A DNA stretch of 63,848 bases, filler included, from Octopus bimaculoides (lineage: Eukaryota): assembly GCF_001194135.2 (NCBI RefSeq). It is 6 parts of 6 records of this genome, joined end to end, with 100 filler letters (N's around TTAATTAATTAA, not from the genome) between each part and the next. Parts side by side here need not be neighbours in the genome. Positions count along the whole stretch, not along the records: positions 37,999 to 56,885 come from NC_068988.1; positions 56,986 to 61,914 come from NC_069002.1; positions 62,015 to 63,848 come from NW_026431495.1; 3 more parts are not named here. One strand, 5' to 3'. The notes under the pieces are model-generated. The model saw only the letters and a list, made by a program, of their open reading frames with translations, was not told where the DNA came from and ran no database searches. Shown one piece after another: positions 51,048 through 63,424 of the stretch; positions within the stretch are counted from its first letter, which is position 1; every line of letters begins with the position of its first letter. A program made the translations under genes and the position numbers.

Positions 51048-51521
51048 CAAATCTCAGTATGACCCTTACTTGAAAATAGGAACCACATAAGCTCACGACG
51101 GAACATTTATACAGTTAAGTAAAACAGAAGAATCCGGGGTACGTAGCGATGGTTTGTATCCGAAATAGTAAATACAAGCACATCACAAAGGGGAGATAAG
51201 TCAGTTAGCTGTAGCCTAATCGATATTGCAACTAAATTTCTCAACGAGAACCCTAACTAATTGCGTCGCACTTCAACAAAATGAAGGCCTCTAAAGCTAT
51301 GAAAAGGGTCTCTCGGGCATTTGTTAGCAAGCAATAAGAAAATACCAGAAAATGTAATAACAACGTATGTTGAGTTAAATTATAGAAAAATAAATTCTTT
51401 TAGTGGCCACTGGAACTGCTAGATATACCAGCCGAATCTCGCTAAATCATGCCTTTGTCTTAAATAGAGCAGCTATAAGAAGATGTAGTTTTCCAAAGCT
51501 CTAAATATACAGGACGATAAG

Positions 51522-51898
51522 TGTTATTTCCTATTTGCTTTTATCTAGAAGTCAAAGGAAAGGACTACTATTCCCTTCAAATTTTGCTTTTGTGACCTGG
51601 ACTTCAGTGCTTTGAAACTGATCTATTTTCCATGACATTTCAGACAGATTCAGCAGAAATATCGTCAAAGTAAATATTCTGCTAAATACCACAGATTTGC
51701 TTGTCAGTTGCTTGAACTCCCATAGTAGTTGACAATATGTGCATCCCTGGTCACGAGCAGGAGTAGTGGGGGAGCATCATAACCTTGTGTAGAAAGGGAT
51801 TCTTTGGGATTTTAATAAATATCGTAACAAAAGCAAAGTTTAAAGGAAATATAAACCATTTTTCATACCTTCTAGGGTTAAGCAAATAGGAAATAACA
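51522..51898. mobile_element. MITE with 19-bp inverted ends (second copy 57749-58154)
   Basis: TGTTATTTCCTATTTGCTT / AAGCAAATAGGAAATAACA, subterminal TTTGCTTTTGTGAC / GTAACAAAAGCAAA; colinear homology with 57749-58154. Confidence 0.8.
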
Positions 51899-52342
51899 GT
51901 TGCCACCTAAGGACAAAAATCGTGTAGTACAGTGCTATTTCTATCATTGGGTTTAATTTCATAATGCTAATTGTTGTTAAATGTAATGATTAGATGATAT
52001 CATAGCTGAAATAATAAAACTAACGAATAAAATATAATTCCAAGATTTTGAGAACACTTTTAATTTATATGAGAATTCATTTTAAACTTCAAAAAGTTCA
52101 GTTACTGTAGGGGAAGGATCTAACGTTTTGGACAGTAGCCTTTTGTCAAACTACAACTTTTGAAAGTGGAAAGTGATAACTTCCCTTGTATGAGGTACAC
52201 GCGTTTGTATCTACTAACAAAATAGTGCAAGGGAGATAAATTATTCATATGTAGAATTAAAAATTCGAAAAAGATTAAAAAAAAAATAAAGGTAACGATG
52301 GTAGAGTTAGAAAGTAATGTACATTGCAATAACAAATACAAG

Positions 52343-52374
<32 letters not shown>

Positions 52375-52384
52375 NNNNNNNNNN

Positions 52385-52425
<41 letters not shown>

Positions 52426-53035
52426 ATGCGCGCGGGTAAGTGTTCTGCGAATATAAGAGTATGCGAGTTTGTGCTCTGTGCGTGAGTGTAGTGCGTATGT
52501 GTGCGCATGTTTGCATGTCGGTGTGTGTGCGCATGCGTTTGTGTATGTATGTCTGTGCGTGTGTATATGTGTGTGTGAGCGTGCGCGCAAGTATATCTTC
52601 TGTGCGTCTATGTAAGTCTGCCTGTGTATATGCGTGTGTGTGTGAGTGTATGCGAGTAAGTCTCGTGCCTGTATGTGCATGTGTGTATGTATGTGTGCGT
52701 GTATGTGTGCGCGCGTGACAGAGGGCGACAGAGTGTTTATATATTAATGTTGACGTTGTATTGTTTGTTATGATGGTGTCGTATGGTGATTGTCTGCGAT
52801 GGTATGGCATAACGGCTGTGGGCGGGGTGGTGGGGTGGATGATGGTGCTTTGGTGTATTAACGTGGCTGTTATATAGCAATGCTGACAGCAGTAATTCTG
52901 TCCTTCTCCACTACAGCTTTTCTCTGTACTTTTGTCGTTATGTCTCTCTTCATAATTCGCAGCTTAAACATATACAGGCTATGAGATAGATAGATAGATA
53001 GACAGATAGATACATAGATAGATAGATAGATAGAC

Positions 53036-53069
<34 letters not shown>

Positions 53070-53584
53070 GTAGATAGATAGATAGATAGATAGATAGATA
53101 CATGCATACATACATACATACATACATACATGCTTGAATATACGTATGTCTATGTATGCTTATACGTATNNNNNNNNNNNNNNNNNNNNNNNNNNNNNNN
53201 NNNNNNNNNNNNNNNNNNNNNNNNNNNNNNNNNNNNNNNNNNNNNNNNNNNNNNNNNNNNNNNNNNNNNNNNNNNNNNNNNNNNNNNNNNNNNNNNNNNN
53301 NNNNNNNNNNNNNNNNNNNNNNNNNNNNNNNNNNNNNNNNNNNNNNNNNNNNNNNNNNNNNNNNNNNNNNNNNNNNNNNNNNNNNNNNNNNNNNNNNNNN
53401 NNNNNNNNNNNNNNNNNNNNNNNNNNNNNNNNNNNNNNNNNNNNNNNNNNNNNNNNNNNNNNNNNNNNNNNNNNTCAAAAAAAGACAAAATAACAACAAC
53501 AAAAAACAACAACGTGAGGACGTGATACAGATTGTGTTACTGGACGCTCGGAAAAGGAAAGAGAGAGAATATATATATATGTAT

Positions 53585-53757
53585 ATATTTGACTGCACCA
53601 TGCTGGAGCACTGCCATTAGTCGAACAAATCGACCCCAGGACTTATTCTTTGTAAGCCTTGTGCTTATTCCATCGGTTACTTTTGCCGAACCGCAAACTT
53701 ACAGGGACGTAAACACCAAGATCGGTTGTCAAGCGGTTGTGGGGGACAAACACAGAT
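53585..53757 (-). mobile_element. SINE family 1 tail
   Basis: ATTTGACTGCACCATGCTGGAGCAC...AAATCGACCCCAGGACTTATTCTTTGTAAGCC...GGTTGTCAAGCG. Confidence 0.9.
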
Positions 53758-53780
53758 ATACATAAACACGCACGCACACA

Positions 53781-53823
<43 letters not shown>

Positions 53824-54167
53824 CTCTACGACTGAACTAGTGGCAGAACCATTGAATATGTATGTTGCCGTGGATTTTAAATTATTTAAAATTATTTTAG
53901 ATGTACTTGATTGTAAAGTTCGTGTATTCATCTGAAGAAAACGGGTTCTTATAATAATATAATGTACTCATTTATCAATTAAAAAATTCTTTGGAAACGA
54001 CCGTAATGATTTAACACCTGTCCTTCATCTGTTATTAATTTACTTTATATATGTATGTTTGTCACTAACAGTGAGGGAGTATGAACCCGGGCAAAGTACT
54101 TCATAAGCTCTCTGTTGACCCACTAGGTTAACAATATTTTGATTAATGAAGAACAATTATTCTTTTT

Positions 54168-54382
54168 TTTTTTCTACTCTAGGCAAAAGGCCCAAAATTT
54201 TTGGGGAGTGGGGCAGTCGATTAGATCGACTCTAGTACGCAACAGGTACTTACTTTATCGATCCCAAAAGGATAAAAGGTGAATTCGACGTCGGCGGAAT
54301 TTGAACTCAGAACACGAAGACGGAAGGAATAATGCTAAGCATTTCGCCCGGGGTGCTAACGTTTCTGCCAGCTCGTCGCCTT
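54168..54382 (-). mobile_element. SINE family 2, full monomer
   Basis: Head reverse complement CTAAGCATTTCGCCCGGGGTGCTAACGTTTCTGCCAGCTCGTCGCC; tail TTTTCTACTCTAGGCAAAAGGCCC. Confidence 0.9.
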
Positions 54383-55021
54383 GAAAAGAGATTTTGCTTA
54401 TGACAGAGTTTAAGGTTATGGTTCATCACAATTATATATTGTAAATCCATGGTTGGGCTCCATGTATGTATGTATGTATGTATGTATGTATCTAGGTGGG
54501 TAGGTTGATACAAAAAACCTCGGTAATATATCACAGAACTGGCAGGTAAAGTAAAGACTATTCTTCACATTTAAGATTCAATAAATATAAAAATACCTAG
54601 ATCGCATAATATTATCACATCAGCTATTTACCATTATAATTCTTCGAGAGTTCACTGCTATAAACGATTTTTGATTACGTTTGGAGTTGTCGCCCGTTTC
54701 TCTGTTGGCTAGAGAGTGATTAATTAAAGTTCCCATTTGTTCCTCACGTTGTGTTTAGCTTTTAAAACGCTAATTATTTTCCTAGTTAAATTCCCACACA
54801 GCTCCCACGAAGCACACACGCACGTATGCACGCAATCACGCACTCACAAACACACCAGAGATACATATATCAATACACACACACGCACACACACACACGT
54901 TTTTATTTATTTATGTATGTGTAAGGATGTATGAATGTATGCGTGTATGTATACATATGCATGTGTGTGTGTATGTATATATGTACGCACACATACATAG
55001 ATACATATTTGTGTGTGTGTG

Positions 55022-55067
<46 letters not shown>

Positions 55068-55157
55068 GTACACACATATACAAATATAAGCACGTATGTA
55101 TGTATGTGTAAGTGTTGGTGTGTGACTATGTTTAATTAAGGTAATTGTTTTAACGAG

Positions 55158-55440
55158 TGAGGGCGCATAGCCAAGTGGTTACGTGTTGCGCTCACGATGG
55201 CGAGATTGTGGTTTCAATGCCCGAACCGGTTTGTGCGTTGAGTTTTTGAGCAAAACAACTCATCTCACGGTACTCTACGATCACTTCAACACCTGACGTG
55301 TGGTACAGGCAACGTCAATTTGATGGCTGGAGCGAGCATATATGAACACAAACATTTGACCACTGTAAACAAATCACTTGCACAGGTTTTTCCGTAAGAA
55401 ATTGTTGTACCATCTTTATCGAGATATGAGACTACCAACG
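55158..55440 (+). mobile_element. tRNA-headed SINE, further diverged family
   Basis: GAGGGCGCATAGCCAAGTGGTTA (A box) and GGTTTCAATGCCC (B-box-like) at tRNA spacing. Confidence 0.6.
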
Positions 55441-55719
55441 AACGTCATTATCTAAACGTTAATTTCACAATGAAAAATTTAGTCAAGCGTTGACTTAGTA
55501 CTGAGACAAGAGTTCAATTTTTGTTAAGATTCTGTTGACTGGGACTTCAAGTATTCTGTTAACACTTTGTCTGATATACATTATATCGATCTATTGATCG
55601 GGTGATCGATTTAACTTTTTTTTTTTAATTTAGAGTTAGTTCCCTTTAGTAAGGTAGGTATCACTAGTCCACTTAATACAAGCACACACACATACACACA
55701 TAAAACCGCGTGCGTATAA

Positions 55720-55759
<40 letters not shown>

Positions 55760-55774
55760 TATGAATGAATATAT

Positions 55775-55815
<41 letters not shown>

Positions 55816-56025
55816 CAGGGTGTCCACAAAGTCTGGGTACATGGAGATTAACACATACTTTAAGAAATGATTATTTTTTATATTTAATTNNNNNNNNNNA
55901 TTTTATTTACTCCATGTACCCACATGGGGATTAACACATACGTTAAGAAATTATTATTTCTTATATTTAATTGTTCATATTATGATTTTATTTACTCGAT
56001 GTACCCAGACATTGTGGACACCCTG
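55816..56025. mobile_element. Tc1/mariner MITE with internal tandem duplication
   Basis: 27-bp TIRs CAGGGTGTCCACAA(A/T)GTCTGGGTACAT, 1 mismatch, TA at 55814-55815 and 56026-56027. Confidence 0.92.
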
Positions 56026-56045
56026 TATATAAATATATATATATA

Positions 56046-56127
56046 CTTTTTACTCTCTTTTACTCTTTTACTTGTGTCAGTCATTTGACTGTGGCCATGC
56101 TGGAGCGCCGCCTTTAGTCGAGCAAAT
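56046..56127 (-). mobile_element. SINE family 1, extreme 3' tail
   Basis: (CTTTTACT)n-TG..TCAGTCATTTGACTGTGGCCATGCTGGAGCGCCGCCTTTAGTCGAGCAAAT. Confidence 0.9.
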
Positions 56128-56471
56128 TGAAACTAATGAAACTAATGTAACTATTAAAAGTGAAACTATTAACATATATACAAACATGTATATATACATA
56201 TTGAAACTAATAAAAATGAAACCATTTAAGAGTGAAACCATATAAATGTGAAACTATTATATCACATTACAATAGAGATGTCATTGTTTCACTTTTGACA
56301 GGTAACACCGAAACAGCCTAAGAGATTGCTCCGGGCTCGCATTAGGCAAATGAAATAAAAATGAAATACAAATGACATAGAAGTTATTTTTTTTACAAAA
56401 CATGGATGTCTATGATCCATTTTGATTTATGTGTGAGTGTATGTTCGTGTGCATACATCAATACGCACACA

Positions 56472-56528
<57 letters not shown>

Positions 56529-56726
56529 GTATGTACGCACACAGAGAGTCATATGTGTACAAAAGCATACATACACATATGTAGATGAATGCACACATGT
56601 GTATAGATTCCATGAAAATTCTGTTGTTTATCTTCCTGGCTGCCTTGTGCCGTGTGCTGTCAGTCGTATGTATATACATACATGCGTGCAGATATATATA
56701 CATAATACTCTGATACAAACATATAC

Positions 56727-56757
<31 letters not shown>

Positions 56758-56828
56758 CATGCATACATACATGCATGCATACATAATACATGCATATTCA
56801 TATATGCAATGTATATATATTTATACAT

Positions 56829-56885
<57 letters not shown>

Positions 56886-56985
56886 NNNNNNNNNNNNNNN
56901 NNNNNNNNNNNNNNNNNNNNNNNNNNNNNTTAATTAATTAANNNNNNNNNNNNNNNNNNNNNNNNNNNNNNNNNNNNNNNNNNNN

Positions 56986-57193
56986 GACAAATACATAACA
57001 AAAATACCAGGACTTACAAATATATGTAACATACAGAAAATTGCACTACTGGGTACTGCACACATTCTACGCAAAACACTTTCAATACAGTAAACATAAA
57101 AGCACCACAGCAAACCACAGCACATACCCAAGGCGCACAGAGCTGCGCTCGGTAGTGAAGTGAAAGCACGTTATAAAAATAAAACTACTGAAC
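56986..57193 (+). mobile_element. Dong/R4-like RLE retrotransposon 3' end joined to (AAT)n
   Basis: Open frame DKYITKIPGLTNICNIQKIALLGTAHILRKTLSIQ* (56986-57093), 100-nt 3' UTR, then (AAT)n from 57194; upstream part in gap. Confidence 0.85.
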
Positions 57194-57232
<39 letters not shown>

Positions 57233-57274
57233 TATTATTATTATTATTATTATTATTAATATTATTATTATTTC

Positions 57275-57368
57275 AAATTTTTTTGCCACAAGGGCAGCTT
57301 GGGGGAGGTGGGGATAAGTCGATTACATCGACCACAGTTCTCAACTGGTACTTATTTTATCGACCCTG
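57275..57368 (-). mobile_element. SINE family 2-type tail fragment
   Basis: AAGTCGATTACATCGACC....CAACTGGTACTTATTTTATCGACCC. Confidence 0.75.
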
Positions 57369-57544
57369 AATACAACACCCTAACCAATAGGCCATGCGTT
57401 TCACAGGTTCTGTAAAGGGCCATGGTTACTGCCTTCTTAACTAGCAAAACAAAATAGAATATTTAAAAATTACGACTAAGTGTGACAAATTATCCCCGTG
57501 TAACAAAAATTTAATTTTTCTTTTGTTTTTGATGAGTAAATGCT

Positions 57545-58165
57545 TGCTTCAATCTAGAAATCAAAGGAAGTGACTACTATTCCCTTCAAACTTTGCTTTT
57601 GTGACCTGGCTGTCAACGTTTTGAAAATGACCAACTTTCCATTATATTTCAGAAAGATTCAGTGCCGAGTTACTAAATTTCAGAAATATCATCATAGCAA
57701 ATATTCTGCTCAGTGCCACAGATTTGTTTGTTGTCTTTGGCCAGTAGGTGTTATCTCCTGTTTGCTTCTATCTAGAAATCAAAGGAAGTGACTACTATTC
57801 CCTTCAAACTTTGCTTTTGTGACCTGGCTGTCAACGTTTTGAAACTGACCTATTTTCCATTACGTTTCAGACAGATTCAGTGCCAAGTTACTGAAGCAGA
57901 AATATCAGCAAATATTCTGCTGAATCCCACAGATTTGCTTGCCAGTTGCTTGACCGTAACCCCTTGAGCGTGTCCCTTAGTGGCTGACAATATGTGCATC
58001 TCTGAACATGAGTGAGTGTAATCAGGGAACATCATAGCTGTGTGTTGAGAGGGATTCTTTGGGATTTGACTAAATATCATAACAAAAGCAAAGGTTGAAG
58101 GAAATATTAGCCATTTTTCATAATTTTCTAGGGGTAAGCAAATAGGAAATATCAGTTGCTACTAA
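57545..58165. mobile_element. MITE (family of 51522-51898) preceded by a partial tandem copy, period 218 bp
   Basis: Ends 57749-57767 and 58136-58154; 57552-57626 is identical to 57770-57844. Confidence 0.8.
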
Positions 58166-58275
58166 GGGTCAAAAATCATGTTACCCAGTGTTATTAACGG
58201 GAATGATTTTTCACCCTTCATTAAAACTGTAATTGATTGGAAATACGCTGGGGTTCTCCACGTTAAATATGAAAT

Positions 58276-58308
<33 letters not shown>

Positions 58309-59051
58309 ATGGAGGAGGAGAAGGAGGAGTGCATTAAGTATGAAAGTAGAAGTGGAAGTAGTTGTAGAAGTAGTAGTAGTGGTAATGGTATTCGTAATAG
58401 CGGTAGTATGGTAGTGGTGGTAGTAGTAGTAATCGTAGTAGTGGTGGCGGTGGTGGTAGTGATGGTGGTAGTGATGGTGGTAGTGGTAGTAGTAGTAGTC
58501 GTAGTAGGGGTGGTGGTGGTGGTGGTGGTGGTAGTAATGGTGGTGGTGATGGTTGTAGTAGTAGTTGTAGCGATGGTGGTTTATGCCGAGGCTGTTGCCG
58601 TTTCTCCTTCTCGTCCTTCTCTTCCAATCTTTCCTTCCTATCCCCCCTTCAACCTCTTCAACTTCNNNNNNNNNNNNNNNNNNNNNNNNNNNNNNNNNNN
58701 NNNNNNNNNNNNNNNNNNNNNNNNNATACCCCTCGTCCTCCTCTTCACCCCCCTTCATTTTCTTTTCTTCTTCGCTGTTATTGTTGTTGTAGTGTTTGTT
58801 GTTTTACATCCACCGGATGTGCGTGTCTTTACCCATGTGCCTATGTTCGTTCACGTGCACGCGTGGAATTTGTTCAAGTGTGGGCATATACGTGTGTGTG
58901 TGTGTGTGTGTGTGTGTGTTTATGTCTAAATATATTTGCGCGTTCATAAATATATTTGTATGCATGTGCGTTGGTACATATGCATACAAAATGGATGGAC
59001 TTGTCAGCTTTGGTTGCTACATAACTGTATGTGTGTGTGTATGTATGCATT

Positions 59052-59375
59052 ACGTCCTGAGTTCAAAATCCGCCGAGGTCGACTTTGCTTTTCATCCTTT
59101 CGGGGTCGATTAAATAAGTGCCAGTTACGCACTGGGGTCGATGTAATCGACTTAATCCCTTTGTCTGTCCTTGTTTGTCCCCTCTATGTTTAGCCCCCTG
59201 TGGGCAATAAAGAAATATACATACATAAATACATACATATATATATTTAAACGACCCCGAAAGGATGAAAAGTAAAGTCGACCTCGGCGGAATTTGAACT
59301 CGTAACGTAGCGACAGGCGAAATGCCGCTAAGCATTTCATCCGACGTGCTAACGATTCTGTCAGCTTGCCTCTTT
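59052..59375. mobile_element. Tail-to-tail pair of SINE family 2 copies
   Basis: Plus copy 59052-59215, minus copy 59245-59375. Confidence 0.9.
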
Positions 59376-59699
59376 AGCAAAAAAATAATAACAATAATAA
59401 TTTAGTGTATATATTTCAAGGAAAGTCGAATCATTACTCAGAGTGCCAGAGCGGAAGAACACGTGATTAATGGATCTTATATCCGAACATCTAATTGATA
59501 TGTCACGTGTTTTTATGCATGCCTTACAATAATCAAGTTTCGAATAACTTCGCTAAATATTAAAACTGAATTTTTATCGTAAATTTCCCGCTAAAAGTCG
59601 TTATGCTTAAAGACGTTTGTGCTGCCGGTCCCGCAATCAGGTTACTGACGAAGACAGTGGATGGTTTGCGTAAGGCACCAGCATCTCTTTGCCTAAAGA

Positions 59700-59905
59700 A
59701 CAAAGAACATGGCTTGTCATCCAAGAATAATCGATATCTGGAATGGTTGCAGCCGAAAATGATTTAAACGGATAAGAAAAGAGTATATATGATGTGTGTT
59801 TACCGTTTTCTTGTGTTTCTTCATTGCCAACGGCATTTCGGACTTTTCATCCATGACTTCTCAGACGAACCTTCAGTCTCGTTGTAGATCTTCAGGGCTT
59901 GAAGC
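59700..59905. mobile_element. Very old CR1/L2-like LINE scraps in opposite orientations
   Basis: Plus PRIIDIWNG (59721-59747) resembles the CR1 terminal RVVNxWNxLP motif; minus EDLQRD (59876-59893) then SEKSWMK..KC resembles the post-YADD LQxDL..W..W.M.FN..KC motif. Confidence 0.4.
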
Positions 59906-60969
59906 ATAGGGGCCAGACAAAAGTTCATAAAAGTTGTGACTTGATGCGCGCTTCTAACTGGTTAGGTTTGAACATGTCGCCGCTCTGCCATCGCCATAGA
60001 ACTTTCAGTAGATAAGGTGACAAATGAGGCCACCATAAAGAGACATCCCTACGTCATCCATCCATCCATCCATCCATCCATCCATACATCCATCCATACA
60101 TACATACATACACACATACAACCATGATATATATATATATATATATATATAGTTTGTTTTAGTTATGTTTTTGTGTTTTAAATGTTAGTGAGTGCTTTCC
60201 TTACGAATTGAGTGTTTTAGTCAATTTATATTATTTACATGTTTTTTTTTTTACACGAAATATTTGTTTAAATATATTTTCCATAATTAAGGCTTATATT
60301 TAATAGATATTGGTTTACGTTGGTTTATTCCCTTGTCGCGCTCTTTTAAGACGCTGGCAGCTTGATAGTTTACGTGATATGTGGTTCTGTTAGTTTACAT
60401 TCAGTTCATTTTCATTTTGCTTGCGTATTTTAAGTACTTGTTATAAGTTGTTAGGCAGCAATGTTTATTGGTTTATGCTCTTTAATTAATCTCTATATTT
60501 ACAGTTCTTTTCTGATTATTCCTCAGGTAATTATCTTGCGTTTTACGTTTTGGCAACGCGTGTTTATGACTACGTTCGATTACGTTTGTTCAATACGTTA
60601 AGTTGGACGTTCAATAATTCTTGAGGCAGCAATTTTCATTTTGATATTATTCTGTTATTTGTGTCTAATTTTTGAATTTCTGAACTTTGGAGTTATTGGT
60701 ATTTACGTATTTATGCAACAATAAGCAGATGCGGACATGTTGCGCTAATGTCTCACCACTACTTCTTGCCTATTAATTCCAAGACACCGTTTAGGTATTT
60801 AATACTGTTTACCTCGCCGGATTCGGTGGTATAGCCAAGGTATAGAAACGATAACGATTAGGAGGCTGATGATGGATGTATATGTTTGATGTGTTTGTTA
60901 ACTAAAATTTTTGGTAGCTTGTGTTTACCTGGTTCTAAGTTTCTCTTCTTTATGTTCTGGATATATCAT

Positions 60970-61120
60970 TAAACTGCATCCGGTGATGAGGCTCCAGTTT
61001 GGGAGTTCTGGAGCTGTAGGGAGAGTGGGGGTCACTTCTTAATTACCATTAATTTCAGGCCCATTCTGACTCTGAACGGTAGTGTACCTGTCAGGGTCCC
61101 ACCTATGGATTAAACAGATT
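60970..61120 (+). repeat. Diverged dispersed repeat fragment
   Basis: GAGGCTCCAGT..GGAG...ACTCTGA.CGG..GT.GTACCTGTCAGGGTCCCACCTATGG recognised from memory as a common octopus repeat; single copy in this window. Confidence 0.4.
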
Positions 61121-61169
61121 TTTGTGAGGGTAGATTCAGTTCTTTGCTGCAATGAAAGCAATCAATGTA

Positions 61170-61479
61170 AGAAAAGGACCCCCCGCCCCACTTCCAACAT
61201 GCCCGAAACCAACACGGAAAAGAATGGCTGATAAAACTAAAATGAAGTAAAGTCCGATAACACAGATTCGGATCTCAGGAGGACACCAGTGGACCCTCAA
61301 CAGGCAATCAGGACGGTACATCAGCCATCCCGGACGGCGTGCGCTGAATGCAATTGTCAAGGACCGAATACTATAGATATAGAGGCAACTATCTTACGTC
61401 GGCACACGTTCTGCCGCAGATGGGAAACGGGAAATTATGAAGCTACTCTTCATTAAAATTCTAGTACCCGAAGGGTTAA
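61170..61479. mobile_element. Possible piggyBac-type terminal fragment
   Basis: GC-richer block ending ...CGAAGGG|TTAA (TTAA 61476-61479); no matching left end found. Confidence 0.25.
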
Positions 61480-61853
61480 ACTTGTATAGGTTTTCTAATC
61501 AGCTTTCTCCTTTCAGGCTTTGATAAACCCAAGTTCTCAAGATTGGTACTTGGGCAGTTTGGTTGCATATATGTACGTACGCACTCACGTACGTATGTAT
61601 GAATATATGTATGCATGTATGTATATATGTATATACGTACTTATGTATATAGGTGTGTACATATGTATGTATGCACACTTGTATAAACATAATATAAACA
61701 TAATTGTTTACATAAGTGTGTTTGCGTGTCTGTGTGTGCATGTGCTTGCATATGACATATAAATGTGTGCATGTGTTTGTATATAATGTGTATGTCTGTG
61801 TGTTTGTATATAATATATAAATGCGTGTGTATATGTTTTTGTACATATTATAT

Positions 61854-61914
<61 letters not shown>

Positions 61915-62014
61915 NNNNNNNNNNNNNNNNNNNNNNNNNNNNNNNNNNNNNNNNNNNNTTAATTAATTAANNNNNNNNNNNNNNNNNNNNNNNNNNNNNN
62001 NNNNNNNNNNNNNN

Positions 62015-62056
<42 letters not shown>

Positions 62057-62365
62057 CCATTACGTACGAACAAACACAATCATACAGGAGCACGCAACAA
62101 CCATACACAACACATAAAAACACTACTTTCATAACACACACATACAATCAAGGTGTTCTCTGCATAGTGCAAATGAGATTAAGAAGGCCATACATTACTA
62201 TATTATTTGACAAAAACAAATACAGTCGAAACTTTGGCAAGCTAACATCTCTTGGTTTCTACATTTTTCATATTTATTATTTATATTTTTCTATCTTTTA
62301 CTTTCACTTTCACTTTATCGTTATTTTTTTAATCTTTTATTTTCATTTTCATTTTATTATTATTG

Positions 62366-62400
<35 letters not shown>

Positions 62401-62685
62401 TTTCTTTGTTTTTTGTTGCTCTTTGAGGGTTTTTCTTTTATTCTTTTCCTATTCGATATAACAATATTGTCTGTCTGCTGAGTTAGGATAATCGTAACTG
62501 GTCAGCGTCTGCAGGTGTATGCTATACTGAGGTGTGTAGTTGATTAATATCATTAGCTGGAGTGGATGCGAAAGGAGGTGAGCTGCTGCTGTTCTTAGAA
62601 TAATGATTTATATTAAATGTATGTTTACCACATGTATGCACGCATGCGCATATATATATATATACACACTCTCGCCCCTACACAG

Positions 62686-62723
<38 letters not shown>

Positions 62724-62810
62724 AGATAAATAGATAAACAGAAAAACAAACAGATAGATAGATAGATTAACAAATAGAAAGATAGGTAGGTAGGTAGGTA
62801 GATAGATAAA

Positions 62811-62846
<36 letters not shown>

Positions 62847-62871
62847 TAGATAGATTGATAGATTGATAGAT

Positions 62872-62905
<34 letters not shown>

Positions 62906-63221
62906 NNNNNNNNNNNNNNNNNNNNNNNNNNNNNNNNNNNNNNNNNNNNNNNNNNNNNNNNNNNNNNNNNNNNNNNNNNNNNNNNNNNNNNNNNNNNNNN
63001 NNNNNNNNNNNNNNNNNNNNNNNNNNNNNNNNNNNNNNNNNNNNNNNNNNNNNNNNNNNNNNNNNNNNNNNNNNNNNNNNNNNNNNNNNNNNNNNNNNNN
63101 NNNNNNNNNNNNNNNNNNNNNNNNNNNNNNNNNNNNNNNNNNNNNNNNNNNNNNNNNNNNNNNNNNNNNNNNNNNNNNNNNNNNNNNNNNNNNNNNNNNN
63201 NNNNNNNNNNNNNNNNGATAA

Positions 63222-63284
<63 letters not shown>

Positions 63285-63300
63285 AACAGACAGACGGATG

Positions 63301-63369
<69 letters not shown>

Positions 63370-63424
63370 GGGAGACAGAGAGAGTGAGATTGAGAGAGCG
63401 CAGGGCAATTCTGAGATATTTACT

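Noticed and set aside
60150-60960. 800-bp strongly T-skewed block, possible ancient LINE ORF on the minus strand
   Set aside because: All frames are riddled with stops and I could not recover a diagnostic motif; needs a profile search.
62587-62596. Nearby LEWMRKE followed by a GTGAG donor (~62549-62575), reminiscent of a homeobox hexapeptide
   Set aside because: In-frame stop immediately upstream, no homeobox in the window, 7-residue match only.
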